Position numbers and translations under genes: made by a program. Source: Cyanobacteria bacterium P01_D01_bin.156 (lineage in GTDB: Bacteria; Cyanobacteriota; Cyanobacteriia; Phormidesmidales; Phormidesmidaceae). Taken from it: 21,196 bases of DNA. The notes below the pieces were generated by a model. It saw nothing but the letters and a program-made list of their open reading frames with translations, searched no databases and was not told the origin of the DNA. The stretch covers positions 1 through 21,196 of the forward strand of contig JBCCQQ010000083.1 in the NCBI GenBank assembly GCA_039024555.1, in the 5' to 3' direction. This document shows positions 1-8,719 of the stretch, piece after piece. Numbering within the stretch: the stretch's first letter is position 1; each line of letters opens with the position of its first letter.

Positions 1-136
1 CGAATATGTGTCCCTTTACAGAAACGCTATGCAAGGACTGGCTGAAAATCCTTGCCTCTAGGAAAGGGACTACTGACCCTGTCTGGGCGATGGGATAACC
101 CCTGAGATTTCTATTCAGTTTTTCAGCAAACCCTAA
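1..136. mobile_element. Probable terminal segment of an insertion sequence (IS5/IS4-like terminal inverted repeat), rest outside window
   Basis: TTTTTCAGCAAACCC (119-133) followed by TAA resembles the GGGTTTGCTGAAAAA termini I recall from cyanobacterial IS5-type elements. It abuts the exact point where the downstream GTPase frame loses its G1 loop. No transposase is visible in the window. Confidence 0.55.
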
Positions 137-1140
137 TTAATGCATTACTCAAGCTAAGCCGTAAGCAGGCCCTGGAAATCGCTAGGGTCGGTGCCGTATC
201 TGGAGTAACTACTGATTTAACAATACTCAAGTTAGACGAAAAAGTTCACTTAATCGATTCCCCAGGCCTTGACGATGTTCGCGCTGAAAATAGTGAGCTA
301 ACAAAGAAGTTTCTGAAGCATATAGATATTGGTATATTCGTAGTTACTGGTTCATCAGACTCATCTCAGAAGAAGGGTTTAGATGATTTAAGGCAACACT
401 GTGATGCTATCTTTGTTGTTTTAAACAAAATAGATGAATGGGATGATTTAGCCCCCTCTGTTCTAGAAGATATTATTCAGCAGTGGAAAACTAATTTAGG
501 AGTCAAGACAATATATCCAACTTGTGTAAAAGGATATGATCCCAAAAGTTGTCTCCCTACGATGAATATTAGAGGTGTTTCAAAACTTCGCAGTGATATC
601 GAAGATTTCCTCGAAAAAAAGGGCAAAGACCTACTATTAGCTAGGCACATGGCTCAAAAGCAATTACACGCGGTCAAAATTATTGCAGTCACATTGACAA
701 CTGTTGCTGGGGAAGCGTTTATTCCTGGAGGTGCCATGTACATTACAGCTACTCAAGGAGCTGCAATAGCGTCTCTAGCATACCTTTACACTGGTGAAAT
801 ATTGTCTACTGAGTCAACCCTTAGCATTTTACCAAAGTTTATTGCGGAGACAGCTGGTTCTAGTCTTTTCCTGTTTGTACAATCTTTTTTGCCTCCAACA
901 GGAGTTGTTGATGTGGCGGCTGCGGGAGTTGCCGTCTTAATTACGCTAGCATTGCTTGCAACAGTTAATTATCTACTTGCCAATGGTGAAGAATTAGATC
1001 AAGAAGAACTTTTGCGTTCGAAGTTCAGAAAATATCATCAACAGGCAAAAGATACTTTGAAGGAGTTGGCGTTAACTGATGTTCAAGATCTCCCTAGCTG
1101 GACGAAAATAGTGAAAAATTTCTTAGAGCTTAAAACCTAA
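133..1140 (+). pseudogene. 5'-truncated Era/MMR_HSR1-like GTPase with hydrophobic C-terminal (DUF697/YcjF-like) region
   Basis: Frame 1 is open from 106 to 1140, well upstream of the tracked ATG at 562. It reads LINALL..VGAVSGVTT (post-G1 helix and G2 Thr), IDSPG (G3, 256-267) and LNKID (G4, 424-435). The GxxxxGKS motif and a plausible start are missing, and there is an in-frame TGA at 103-105. Confidence 0.75.
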
Positions 1141-2206
1141 GTACGATGGACGTCTAGCATCTCAATATAACGTATAACACAGTCCTTATGGCTTGAGATC
1201 TAAAACAATCTACCACTGCTGACTCTCACTAATTATCCGGCAGATCTGACGGTGAAGTAATAGCTATGCAGGTAAGGTTCTTGTCAACACTTGACTAGTG
1301 ATGACAAAGTACAACAAGTAAGATAGCTTACTGGTTAGGCTTTTATTTTATGGCAGGAAGACAGATTACTAAAAATATTACCGCAGGTCTAATATTTTTT
1401 ATGCTTATGGCTGCAACCTCACCTTGGTGATGATCCTTATGATTCAGAACCATTACTACCTCCTACTATTCAGAAGCAAGAGTTAGTTACAAAAAGTGAG
1501 AGCAAGCCTTAAAAATTCGGAGCTTCCGAGAAACAGATTATATAATTAGAAACCTAGTCTTGTGGCTTGCTCAACGTAGAGATACAGGGAAATTATATCT
1601 ACGCAATGCTCAGGATCTAAATCGACATTACCAGGGCTTAAAAAGCCTAACAAACTTTGGATTAAAATAACAAGACAAGCTTGGATTCAGTCTTCAGAAA
1701 CACCTTTGCATTCAGTGAAAGGGAAAATAAGGAGAACAAGATTCTGAAATCTATAAAAAGCTTACTGAAACACTACAGTAGGAAAAGTCTTCGGAAACCT
1801 TCTATCATCTGAGAGATAGAGACGGTCATTTGCTAATTAATTTAACTACCAAAGACGAGAATAACAACCTGTATTTTTTTGATTCAATATATTTTTCAGG
1901 GAGATTTAAATTCATTTGTTAATAGGTCGTGAGTTATAGAAGTTCAGAGTGCTTTTAGGCTCATAATATTTTAGATAGATATTAGAGTTTTCAAGACATA
2001 TCAAAAATATAAGGTCTCAATAGATTTTGGCAATTCAATTATAAATAGTGAGACAACATTATAAGTAACACTTAATCATAGAGATCCTAAATTTATAGAA
2101 CAATCACATTCAGTGTGCTGTGGTTTTTCTGCGATCCAACAAAGGCTGCTAGAATCAGCTAAATTGAATTGTTAGCAAGTTACTTTGGATATTAACAGAA
2201 CACTAC

Positions 2207-2815
2207 ATGAATTTAGGAAAACAGATATCTCCATATGCGCTACTACTGCTACTTCTAAGTGGATGTACACTCCCGCCTGTTGAAAATCTACCGGATTCAC
2301 CTGCTAACACAGACTCTATAGCTGAAATTTCAGTTACAGATGCCAAATCTGTGGTCGAAATCAAATTTGTCGAGAGTGCACCGAAAGATATTTTCGTCAT
2401 CACCAATATGGGCTCATGCACGCTGGAAGAGCTGACGATTGACCTAGATCTATCACCAAGTGTTGGAAAGCTAATATTTGACACCACAGCAACTGGGGCA
2501 GGTGTTGATGTTTTTCAACCATTTGAAGTTGAAGCAGGTGACATCATGCCGCTGGCTGCAGACGGGGTTAATGACGGCGACACCCAACTCGCATTGCTCA
2601 TCACGTCTTTAGACCCAGGCGACAGGGCAAGTTTCACCATCGATGTAGACGATACATTACCCAGAAGTGACCTCGGACAAATTCGCGTCGCAGATTCAGA
2701 AATCAGCGGCGCAGTTGTCAGCATTACCGCTGGAGGTACTGAAACAATATTGGCAACGTTTGACAATGGGAGTGTGGCACAGGCAAACCTGCCCTCATGT
2801 TTAGCGACTCAGTGA
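2207..2815 (+). CDS. Lipoprotein of unknown function, resembling 'aggregation factor core'-annotated alphaproteobacterial proteins
   Basis: Signal peptide II with lipobox LLSG|C, then an acidic beta-rich domain. The motifs ESAPKDIF, LIFDTTATGAGVDVFQPF and FTIDVDD match my recollection of that family. Confidence 0.75.
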   Translation: MNLGKQISPYALLLLLLSGCTLPPVENLPDSPANTDSIAEISVTDAKSVVEIKFVESAPKDIFVITNMGSCTLEELTIDLDLSPSVGKLIFDTTATGAGVDVFQPFEVEAGDIMPLAADGVNDGDTQLALLITSLDPGDRASFTIDVDDTLPRSDLGQIRVADSEISGAVVSITAGGTETILATFDNGSVAQANLPSCLATQ

Positions 2816-3601
2816 TTAATCTAGCACCTCAATTGAATCGCCTGCTTTGACAACACCTTCAACCAAAACAGCTCCATATACACCGGCAAAGCCTGAATGA
2901 GCCTTGTTAACATGTTTAACAATCTCAGGATTAGCCTCGGACGTATCTGGATCTAAGGTAATCATTTTGCAACGAGGATCTCGTTCCAGAACATTGATCT
3001 CTAACATCTCGCCGATTTTTAGCCGTTTACCGACAAGGTCAACTTCGTAGGGCTTATCTTCATTCCAGTCAATATACAAGTTAGCCCGAAAACGACGTTT
3101 GTCGATGTCCATCTCTAGCTCTTTGGTGAGCACATCGGACATCTGCAACGAAAACAACGATAGCGGACGACAATCATACTGGCTTCTCTGGGTAAATTTC
3201 AAACTCAGCGTCTGATCGTCGGTCACGGCTTTAAGATGCTCTAAAAATGTGCCATCTCCCAGGCTGTAGGTCTCTCCCTCTGGAGTTTCCACATCAACGG
3301 AGAATTGTTCTGTTGCTGGATACAGTGAATTAATGCCAGGTGCCATCCCCTGGGCAGCGGCTAGATGCTCTGGCTTGAGAGTGGCAGCCTGATGCTTATA
3401 GCGGGGCTGATAGAGCAGCATCGATTCTTGCTCACGGGCGGTATGCCATGGAAATCCAGGATTACCGCCACCTTTAACAACACCATAAAGCCGATCGCCC
3501 ATCAAACCGGCAAAAGCGACAAAGGCTTCATCGAGTTCTTCACCGCGCATGCTTTTGACGGGATAACGCCAAATACTATCCACCTTGCCAACAACAGACA
3601 T
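2816..3601 (-). CDS. MOSC domain (YcbX/mARC-like) molybdenum cofactor protein
   Basis: N-terminal IWRYPVKSMRGE, GDR, RRFRANL, the conserved Moco-ligating Cys in DPRCKMI, and C-terminal GVYGAVLVEGVVKAGD. A purine-rich GGGGAAAG lies upstream of the ATG. Confidence 0.9.
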   Translation of the reverse strand: MSVVGKVDSIWRYPVKSMRGEELDEAFVAFAGLMGDRLYGVVKGGGNPGFPWHTAREQESMLLYQPRYKHQAATLKPEHLAAAQGMAPGINSLYPATEQFSVDVETPEGETYSLGDGTFLEHLKAVTDDQTLSLKFTQRSQYDCRPLSLFSLQMSDVLTKELEMDIDKRRFRANLYIDWNEDKPYEVDLVGKRLKIGEMLEINVLERDPRCKMITLDPDTSEANPEIVKHVNKAHSGFAGVYGAVLVEGVVKAGDSIEVLD

Positions 3602-3615
3602 AATTCTTTCCCCCG

Positions 3616-5130
3616 TTAGGGCAGACAGTACAGATAGTTATCCACATCCCAGTTACTGGTGGTAGCCAGAAAACGAATCCACTCATCGCGCTTATATTCG
3701 TCAAACAGACGATACATTTCCCCCGGCAGTGCAGACTGAATCACGTCATCATCCGCAAGGCGTTCTAAGGCTTCCCCTAGGGACATGGGTAGCTTCTTCA
3801 CCTGCTTACCGGTTTCCATCGCTTCATAAATGTTGCGCTGTTCCGGCTCGCCCGGATCTAAATTGTTGCTAATACCATCGTCAAAGGCTTGTAGCATCGC
3901 TGCTGCCATCAAGTAAGGATTCACCATAGAGTCCACAGCCCGATATTCAAACCGTCCAGGGGCAGATACCCTCAGACCGCATGTGCGGTTCTGATAGCCC
4001 CAGTCGGAGTAAACCGGAGCCCAAAAGCCCGCATCCCACAGGCGACGATAGGAATTTACGGTAGAACAACCAATAGCCGTCAGCGCCCCCAGGTGGGCAA
4101 TCACACCCCCAATGCAGTTTAAGCCGACAGGACCGGGCACCCTAGGAGAACCTCCCTCAACTGGCATAAAGGTATTTTCACCACCGGAATGATAGGTGTA
4201 GTTACCCTCCATTCCAGGCAACGTTTCCATCCCAAATGTTTTGACAGTCTCTTCTCCATCTCGCCACAGGGAGAGATTATGGTGACAGCCCGATGCCGAC
4301 ACGCCCAAAAATGGCTTCGACATAAAGCAGGCAATCAGATTAAACTCGCGGGCCACTTGGGCACAGATTTGACGATAGGTGGTTAAGCGATCGCACGTTC
4401 TCAACGCATCGTCAAACATAAAGTTCAACTCTAGCTGTCCAGGTGCATCCTCATGGTCTCCTTGGATCATATCCAGACCCATGGCGCGACTGTATTCAAT
4501 TACCCGCAGAAAGACCGGACGCAGCTCTTCAAACTGGTCGATGTGATAACAGTTTGGTTTGGTAACTCCACCATCGGGTTTACCATCCGGCCCTTTCTTG
4601 AGCCACATCATTTCAGGTTCACAGCCGTGGCGTAGCTGTAACCCATGCTTCTGTTGAAACGCGTCATGAATACGCTTGAGATTGCCGCGACAGTCGCTTG
4701 TCAAAAAAGCACCAGGGTCTTCAATTTCTTCGCGATTGCGAAAACAGAAACAGTAGACCCTGGCTACGCGTTTATCCCAAGGAAGCTGACAAAACGTGTC
4801 TGGATCGGGAATGGCAACAAGTTCTGCGGCCTCGGGACCATATCCCATATAGTTCTGGCTGCGATCAATGGCCAGATTAACCGTTGCCCCATATACCAGC
4901 TGAATGCCCCTGGCGGCCATAGATTCCCAATGGTCAGCAGGCGCACCTTTTCCCGTAATCTTGCCCGTAATGGAGATGAACTGATAGTAAATGTACTGGA
5001 TACCCAGATCATCAATTTTGGCACGAACTTGTTTCACCAACTCCGCTCGTCCGTCTGAGTTAACGTAAGCCTCTAAGTCTGTCAAAGCCTTCTCCGCTGC
5101 AGGCTTTGTCTGGCTGAGAACTCCAGTCAC
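3616..5130 (-). CDS. Glutamine synthetase-like gamma-glutamyl-amide ligase (non-GlnA clade)
   Basis: GS motifs GCEPEM, DHEDAPGQLELNF, SGCHHNLS, NSYRRL, NRTCGLRV and FEYRAVD. FDGSS is replaced by VYGAT and the Glu327 flap by FWAP. GTG at 5130 has a GGAG RBS; the tracked TTG at 5157 is an alternative start. Confidence 0.88.
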   Translation of the reverse strand: MTGVLSQTKPAAEKALTDLEAYVNSDGRAELVKQVRAKIDDLGIQYIYYQFISITGKITGKGAPADHWESMAARGIQLVYGATVNLAIDRSQNYMGYGPEAAELVAIPDPDTFCQLPWDKRVARVYCFCFRNREEIEDPGAFLTSDCRGNLKRIHDAFQQKHGLQLRHGCEPEMMWLKKGPDGKPDGGVTKPNCYHIDQFEELRPVFLRVIEYSRAMGLDMIQGDHEDAPGQLELNFMFDDALRTCDRLTTYRQICAQVAREFNLIACFMSKPFLGVSASGCHHNLSLWRDGEETVKTFGMETLPGMEGNYTYHSGGENTFMPVEGGSPRVPGPVGLNCIGGVIAHLGALTAIGCSTVNSYRRLWDAGFWAPVYSDWGYQNRTCGLRVSAPGRFEYRAVDSMVNPYLMAAAMLQAFDDGISNNLDPGEPEQRNIYEAMETGKQVKKLPMSLGEALERLADDDVIQSALPGEMYRLFDEYKRDEWIRFLATTSNWDVDNYLYCLP

Positions 5131-5176
5131 TATCGGAATCTCCAATCTATGGGGCAATGCTTAAAGTAAAAGCTAA

Positions 5177-5190
5177 CTTGTTATGACATG
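5177..5190. promoter_or_regulatory. Candidate operator palindrome, copy 1 (CTTGTTATGACATG)
   Basis: 12/14 match to the palindrome CTTGTTATAACAAG. Lies upstream of the minus-strand GS-like gene, 3 nt from an NtcA box. Confidence 0.6.
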
Positions 5191-5193
5191 GTT

Positions 5194-5207
5194 GTATCGA
5201 GAGTTAC
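5194..5207. promoter_or_regulatory. NtcA-binding box
   Basis: GTA-TCGAGAGT-TAC is an exact GTA-N8-TAC. It overlaps the SBP stop codon and lies upstream of the GS-like gene. Confidence 0.65.
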
Positions 5208-5938
5208 GAGAATGGAAATGGTTTCCAGGGAATCCACTTTTTCCAAAGCTCTGCCAGGGTGCCATCATTAATCAACGTAGAGAGAATATTGTCTAATTTC
5301 TCTGACAATTCAGGGCGATGCTTGGCAACACCAATGGAAAATTGAGCCTGTGTCGGCAAACTAAAGGCCATACGTAGATTTGGGTCTTCTGACTCGGCGA
5401 CTAAGAGGACCAGCTCATCATCGATCAGGGCGTCAATCTCTCCAGCTCTTAACGCTGCCAACATTTCAGGTAAAACCTGATCACTGCCAGGATAGGGAAC
5501 GGCGATAGCACCAGGAAAATCTGCCACCAGCGCAATATTGGTACTGTCGGCCAAACCGCCCACTCGCTGTCCTGCTAAATCCCCTGGAGAGGAGGCAGTG
5601 CTGCTAGTTTTGACTAAAACGGATTCATCAAACAGACCGTAGGGTTGGGTAAAGGTGACATACTGTTGTCGCTCAGAAGTAATGGCCTGGTTAAACCACA
5701 CCACATCGTATTGACCAGAGTCCATGCAGGTATAGAACTCAGCCATGGGCAAATTGTGCCAAACCGGTATCAGGTCTAACTGTTGGCAAATGGCACGGGC
5801 TAACTCTGGCTCGTATCCCATGCGTTCCCCTGCCTCTGTCACATAGCTCATGGGACGAGCATCAAAATCACTAGCCACAATGTTGAGATAGCCAGGCTGG
5901 ACAGTCAGTTCAGCCACTAGTAATTCTTGAGATTTCAT
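5204..5938 (-). CDS. Amino-acid/amine solute-binding-protein fold (SBP_bac_3-like), no signal peptide
   Basis: Motifs PMSY..GYEPELARAIC, YDVVWFNQAITSERQQYVTFTQPY, DLAGQRVG, ALRAGEIDALI and DGTLAELWKKW. ATG 5938 is preferred because the upstream alternatives (5959, 5962) would place an NtcA-like box inside the coding region. Confidence 0.85.
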   Translation of the reverse strand: MKSQELLVAELTVQPGYLNIVASDFDARPMSYVTEAGERMGYEPELARAICQQLDLIPVWHNLPMAEFYTCMDSGQYDVVWFNQAITSERQQYVTFTQPYGLFDESVLVKTSSTASSPGDLAGQRVGGLADSTNIALVADFPGAIAVPYPGSDQVLPEMLAALRAGEIDALIDDELVLLVAESEDPNLRMAFSLPTQAQFSIGVAKHRPELSEKLDNILSTLINDGTLAELWKKWIPWKPFPFS

Positions 5939-5943
5939 AAAGG

Positions 5944-5984
5944 GTAACAATGCACACATCAAGAATAAGCATTCAACTTATTAT
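5944..5984 (+). promoter_or_regulatory. Putative class II NtcA-activated promoter for the rightward operon
   Basis: GTA-ACAATGCA-CAC (5944-5957, one mismatch to GTA-N8-TAC), 21-nt spacer, then -10 box TATTAT (5979-5984). Confidence 0.55.
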
Positions 5985-5990
5985 GACAAG
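5977..5990. promoter_or_regulatory. Candidate operator palindrome, copy 2 (CTTATTATGACAAG)
   Basis: 12/14 match to CTTGTTATAACAAG. Overlaps the predicted -10 box in the divergent intergenic region. Confidence 0.6.
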
Positions 5991-6059
5991 TAGAAGGTGT
6001 CTAAGTTGTTTTGTCAACTAATAATTGATATCTCCGTCTTGCAGCCGCAGGGTGCTTTT

Positions 6060-6959
6060 ATGGTTTATCAACCCGTGCAACTTTCTTCGGAACAGATAGC
6101 TCAGTTTCGAAACGATGGTTTTCTGATATTAGAAAATTTTTTGCCGCCCGATTTTGTTGGGCAATTGGTAAGTCGTTTAAGTCCCCTGTTTCATGGAGAA
6201 TTTGAGACGGGTATCTACCCCGATGAATGGTATTGGCGTCCAGGTCTGAGTTTGCCCGATGTGACTCGGGAAATGTGTAATGCCTGGAAATGCGATCGCA
6301 CCATTGCTAGCCTTGTTCTCTCTTCTGAGATTGGTCGCTTAACGGCAACGTTGGCAGGTTGGGAAGGAGCCCGCATCGGCCAAGACAGTATGTGGATGAA
6401 GCCACCCCAGGCCAAGCCAGTGGCCCTGCACCAGGACGGTGCCTACATCGACTATTTAGAGCCAGCAGCTATGATGACCTGCTGGATAGCCCTAGATGAT
6501 GCCACCCCTGCAGACGGCACTCTCGTGTATGTCAAGGGCTCGCACAAGTGGCCCTTAGTAAATGTTGAGGGTGAGTTTCACGCACCGACAAAAGACTATC
6601 GCTGGGCCATGCTGCAGGCGGCAGAAAATGCCGGGGTAGATGAACCCGAACTCGTGTTTGTAGAAGTGCCTGCCGGAGGCTGTGCCTTTCACCACGGGCG
6701 GACCTGGCATGGGCTTTGTCAGACCACTCGTACCGAGGGCACATTCCACAGCATCGGGTTACATACCATTCCGTCTAAGGCTCAGTTTCATCCAACCAAT
6801 GAGCCTGGATATATCTACGGTCGCTACAAGCGAGTGGATAATACTCATATGGATGAGAGTTTCTTTCCCATTCTGTGGCAAGAGGACGGCTACCGCAGCC
6901 CCCACCTAGCCGACTATTGTACAGATCCACTAGCTATAGAAAATCCTGTTGTTGTCTGA
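6060..6959 (+). CDS. PhyH-family Fe(II)/2-oxoacid dioxygenase, paralogue 1
   Basis: QFRNDGFL, WMKPP, HQD, TCWIALDDA..GTLVYVKGSHKW and HHGRTWHG (HxD...H triad intact). ATG 6060 aligns with the N-terminus of paralogue 2. Confidence 0.9.
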   Translation: MVYQPVQLSSEQIAQFRNDGFLILENFLPPDFVGQLVSRLSPLFHGEFETGIYPDEWYWRPGLSLPDVTREMCNAWKCDRTIASLVLSSEIGRLTATLAGWEGARIGQDSMWMKPPQAKPVALHQDGAYIDYLEPAAMMTCWIALDDATPADGTLVYVKGSHKWPLVNVEGEFHAPTKDYRWAMLQAAENAGVDEPELVFVEVPAGGCAFHHGRTWHGLCQTTRTEGTFHSIGLHTIPSKAQFHPTNEPGYIYGRYKRVDNTHMDESFFPILWQEDGYRSPHLADYCTDPLAIENPVVV

Positions 6960-6978
6960 TTTTCATCCTACACGCACT

Positions 6979-8409
6979 ATGACGACCGAAGCTCCGCCCA
7001 ATCCATCTCTCAAAAATCCGTTTAACAGCCTCGGTGAGGACTTTGACCCCCAGTGGTTGCTCACACCAAAGCAACAGGCCCTGCAGGTTAAGCTCATCGA
7101 ACTGTGTTCGACTGTACTCAGACCCAATGCAATCGTCTCGGATCGCGAGCTTGTTTACCCCCGTGAAAATTTTCAGGCGCTGGCATCCCTAGGGTTATTA
7201 GGTCTGTTTGTCCCGGAGGAATGGGGTGGTTTAGGCGAGAACCACGTCTGTGCCGCCATGGTGGTAGAAACCATTGCCCGCTATGGATGTCCTAGCACAG
7301 CCATGTGCTACACCATGCATTTGGGGGCAGTCGCTGCAGCATTGTTTCGGTGTCATGAGAATCCTGAGCTGCAATCACTACTAAAACGGTTGGATCAGGA
7401 CGTACTGATTGGCACACTCTCTTATTCCGACCCAGAAACAGGGTCCCACTTCTGGTATCCGGTTTCATCCAATGCTAAAGCTACAGAAGATGGCTGGCAG
7501 GTATTTAAGCGGGCTTCTTGGACCACATCTGCGGGCTTTGCCGATTGGTATATTGTGCAAACCACTAGCCCAAATTTTGCGGGAAATTATTCCGATCTGT
7601 CTTGTTTCCTGATCTATGGAAATGAGGTCCAGGCCGAGCCCCACAAGTGGGATGCCTTAGGGTTACGGGGTAATCAGTCAGGCACGCTCTTGGTTGAAGG
7701 AGTGACTATTCCCACTCAGCGGATGGTAGGTCCGGCGGGGGATGGTACCGCGTCCAACGACGAAATTGTCGATCCGTTTTTCCTGCTGTGCTCCTCAGCC
7801 TGTTGGAATGGTATTGCCATGGGGGCGATCGACATTGCTAAAAAGCATGTTACTCGCAAAAAACACGTCGATGTAGGCATGCGGGTAGCGGACTATCCGA
7901 CAATTCAGGACTACTTTGGTGAGGCGATTATTGATACCGGCGCCTGCCGCATGTTCACGTTCTCCATGGGGCAATTGATGGACCAGCTGACTAACGGCTG
8001 TGACTGGTCTTTACATACAGATATTTCAGCGTTACCTCGGTCTGCTTACCTCCACTGGTACTGGCAGATCAAGTTTTCGGCAGCGAAGAATGTGGCCCAT
8101 GTGTGCGACAAAATGCTCCATGCCTGTGGTGGCTCTGGCTTTAAGAAAGATATGGAAGTAGAGCGCTATCTACGGGATGGTAAGGCTGGCTGGGTGATGG
8201 GACCCACCAACGAGATTTTGCGACAGTTTGTGGGTAAGTCAGCTCTGCTCGGGTTCGAGAGTCTTGACTACTGGAATCAATCGGTGAATGAGCGCGTGCT
8301 GCACAATGAACTGAAGAAAATGGATGCGGACAAAAAGCGTCAGCTAGCGGAGAGTCTATTGGCTGAAGTAGAAGAGTCTGAAAAAGTACCGGCGATGGCG
8401 GGTAGCTGA
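6979..8409 (+). CDS. Acyl-CoA dehydrogenase-fold flavoprotein, possibly a two-component monooxygenase
   Basis: ACAD signatures VPEEWGGLG, SDPETGS, WDALGLRGNQSG, HACGGSGF and ERYLRD. The usual YEGTNE reads MGPTNE. ATG 6979 is preferred to TTG 6949. Confidence 0.85.
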   Translation: MTTEAPPNPSLKNPFNSLGEDFDPQWLLTPKQQALQVKLIELCSTVLRPNAIVSDRELVYPRENFQALASLGLLGLFVPEEWGGLGENHVCAAMVVETIARYGCPSTAMCYTMHLGAVAAALFRCHENPELQSLLKRLDQDVLIGTLSYSDPETGSHFWYPVSSNAKATEDGWQVFKRASWTTSAGFADWYIVQTTSPNFAGNYSDLSCFLIYGNEVQAEPHKWDALGLRGNQSGTLLVEGVTIPTQRMVGPAGDGTASNDEIVDPFFLLCSSACWNGIAMGAIDIAKKHVTRKKHVDVGMRVADYPTIQDYFGEAIIDTGACRMFTFSMGQLMDQLTNGCDWSLHTDISALPRSAYLHWYWQIKFSAAKNVAHVCDKMLHACGGSGFKKDMEVERYLRDGKAGWVMGPTNEILRQFVGKSALLGFESLDYWNQSVNERVLHNELKKMDADKKRQLAESLLAEVEESEKVPAMAGS

Positions 8410-8450
8410 GGTTCGATAAGCGCTCGGATAACTGGTTTCCCTTGAATACA

Positions 8451-8620
8451 GCTACGGTGTACACACATCTCGGACAATGCTCATAATCCTGCATTACCCC
8501 CCTTAATCCCCCCTTCGTAAGGGGGAAAGTGTCCGGTCTCCCCCCTTACGAAGGGGGGAGTTAGAGGGGGTCAGAAAACCGGAAATGCTTGTTTTCAGGA
8601 CTGGTATATACACAGAAGCC
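8451..8620. repeat. Cyanobacterial MITE/REP-like palindromic element
   Basis: Inner inverted pair ACCCCCCTTAATCCCCCCTTCGTAAGGGGG (8496-8525) and CCCCCCTTACGAAGGGGGGAGTTAGAGGGGGT (about 8540-8571). The flanks GCTACGGTGTACACACA and GGTATATACACAGAAGC form a degenerate inverted pair (12/17). Confidence 0.75.
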
Positions 8621-8719
8621 TTATTAATAGAGAGGCTGTTGCGAGCAAGAAATCTAAATCTAAAAAACTAGCCTAAACCCTTATCTCCCATCTTTTGCCC
8701 CCATCAGGAATAAGCTCCC

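Noticed and set aside
8601..8613. CTGGTATATACAC as a fourth operator copy
   Set aside because: It fits better as the degenerate right inverted end of the 8451-8620 repeat, matches the 14-bp consensus poorly and has no adjacent NtcA box.
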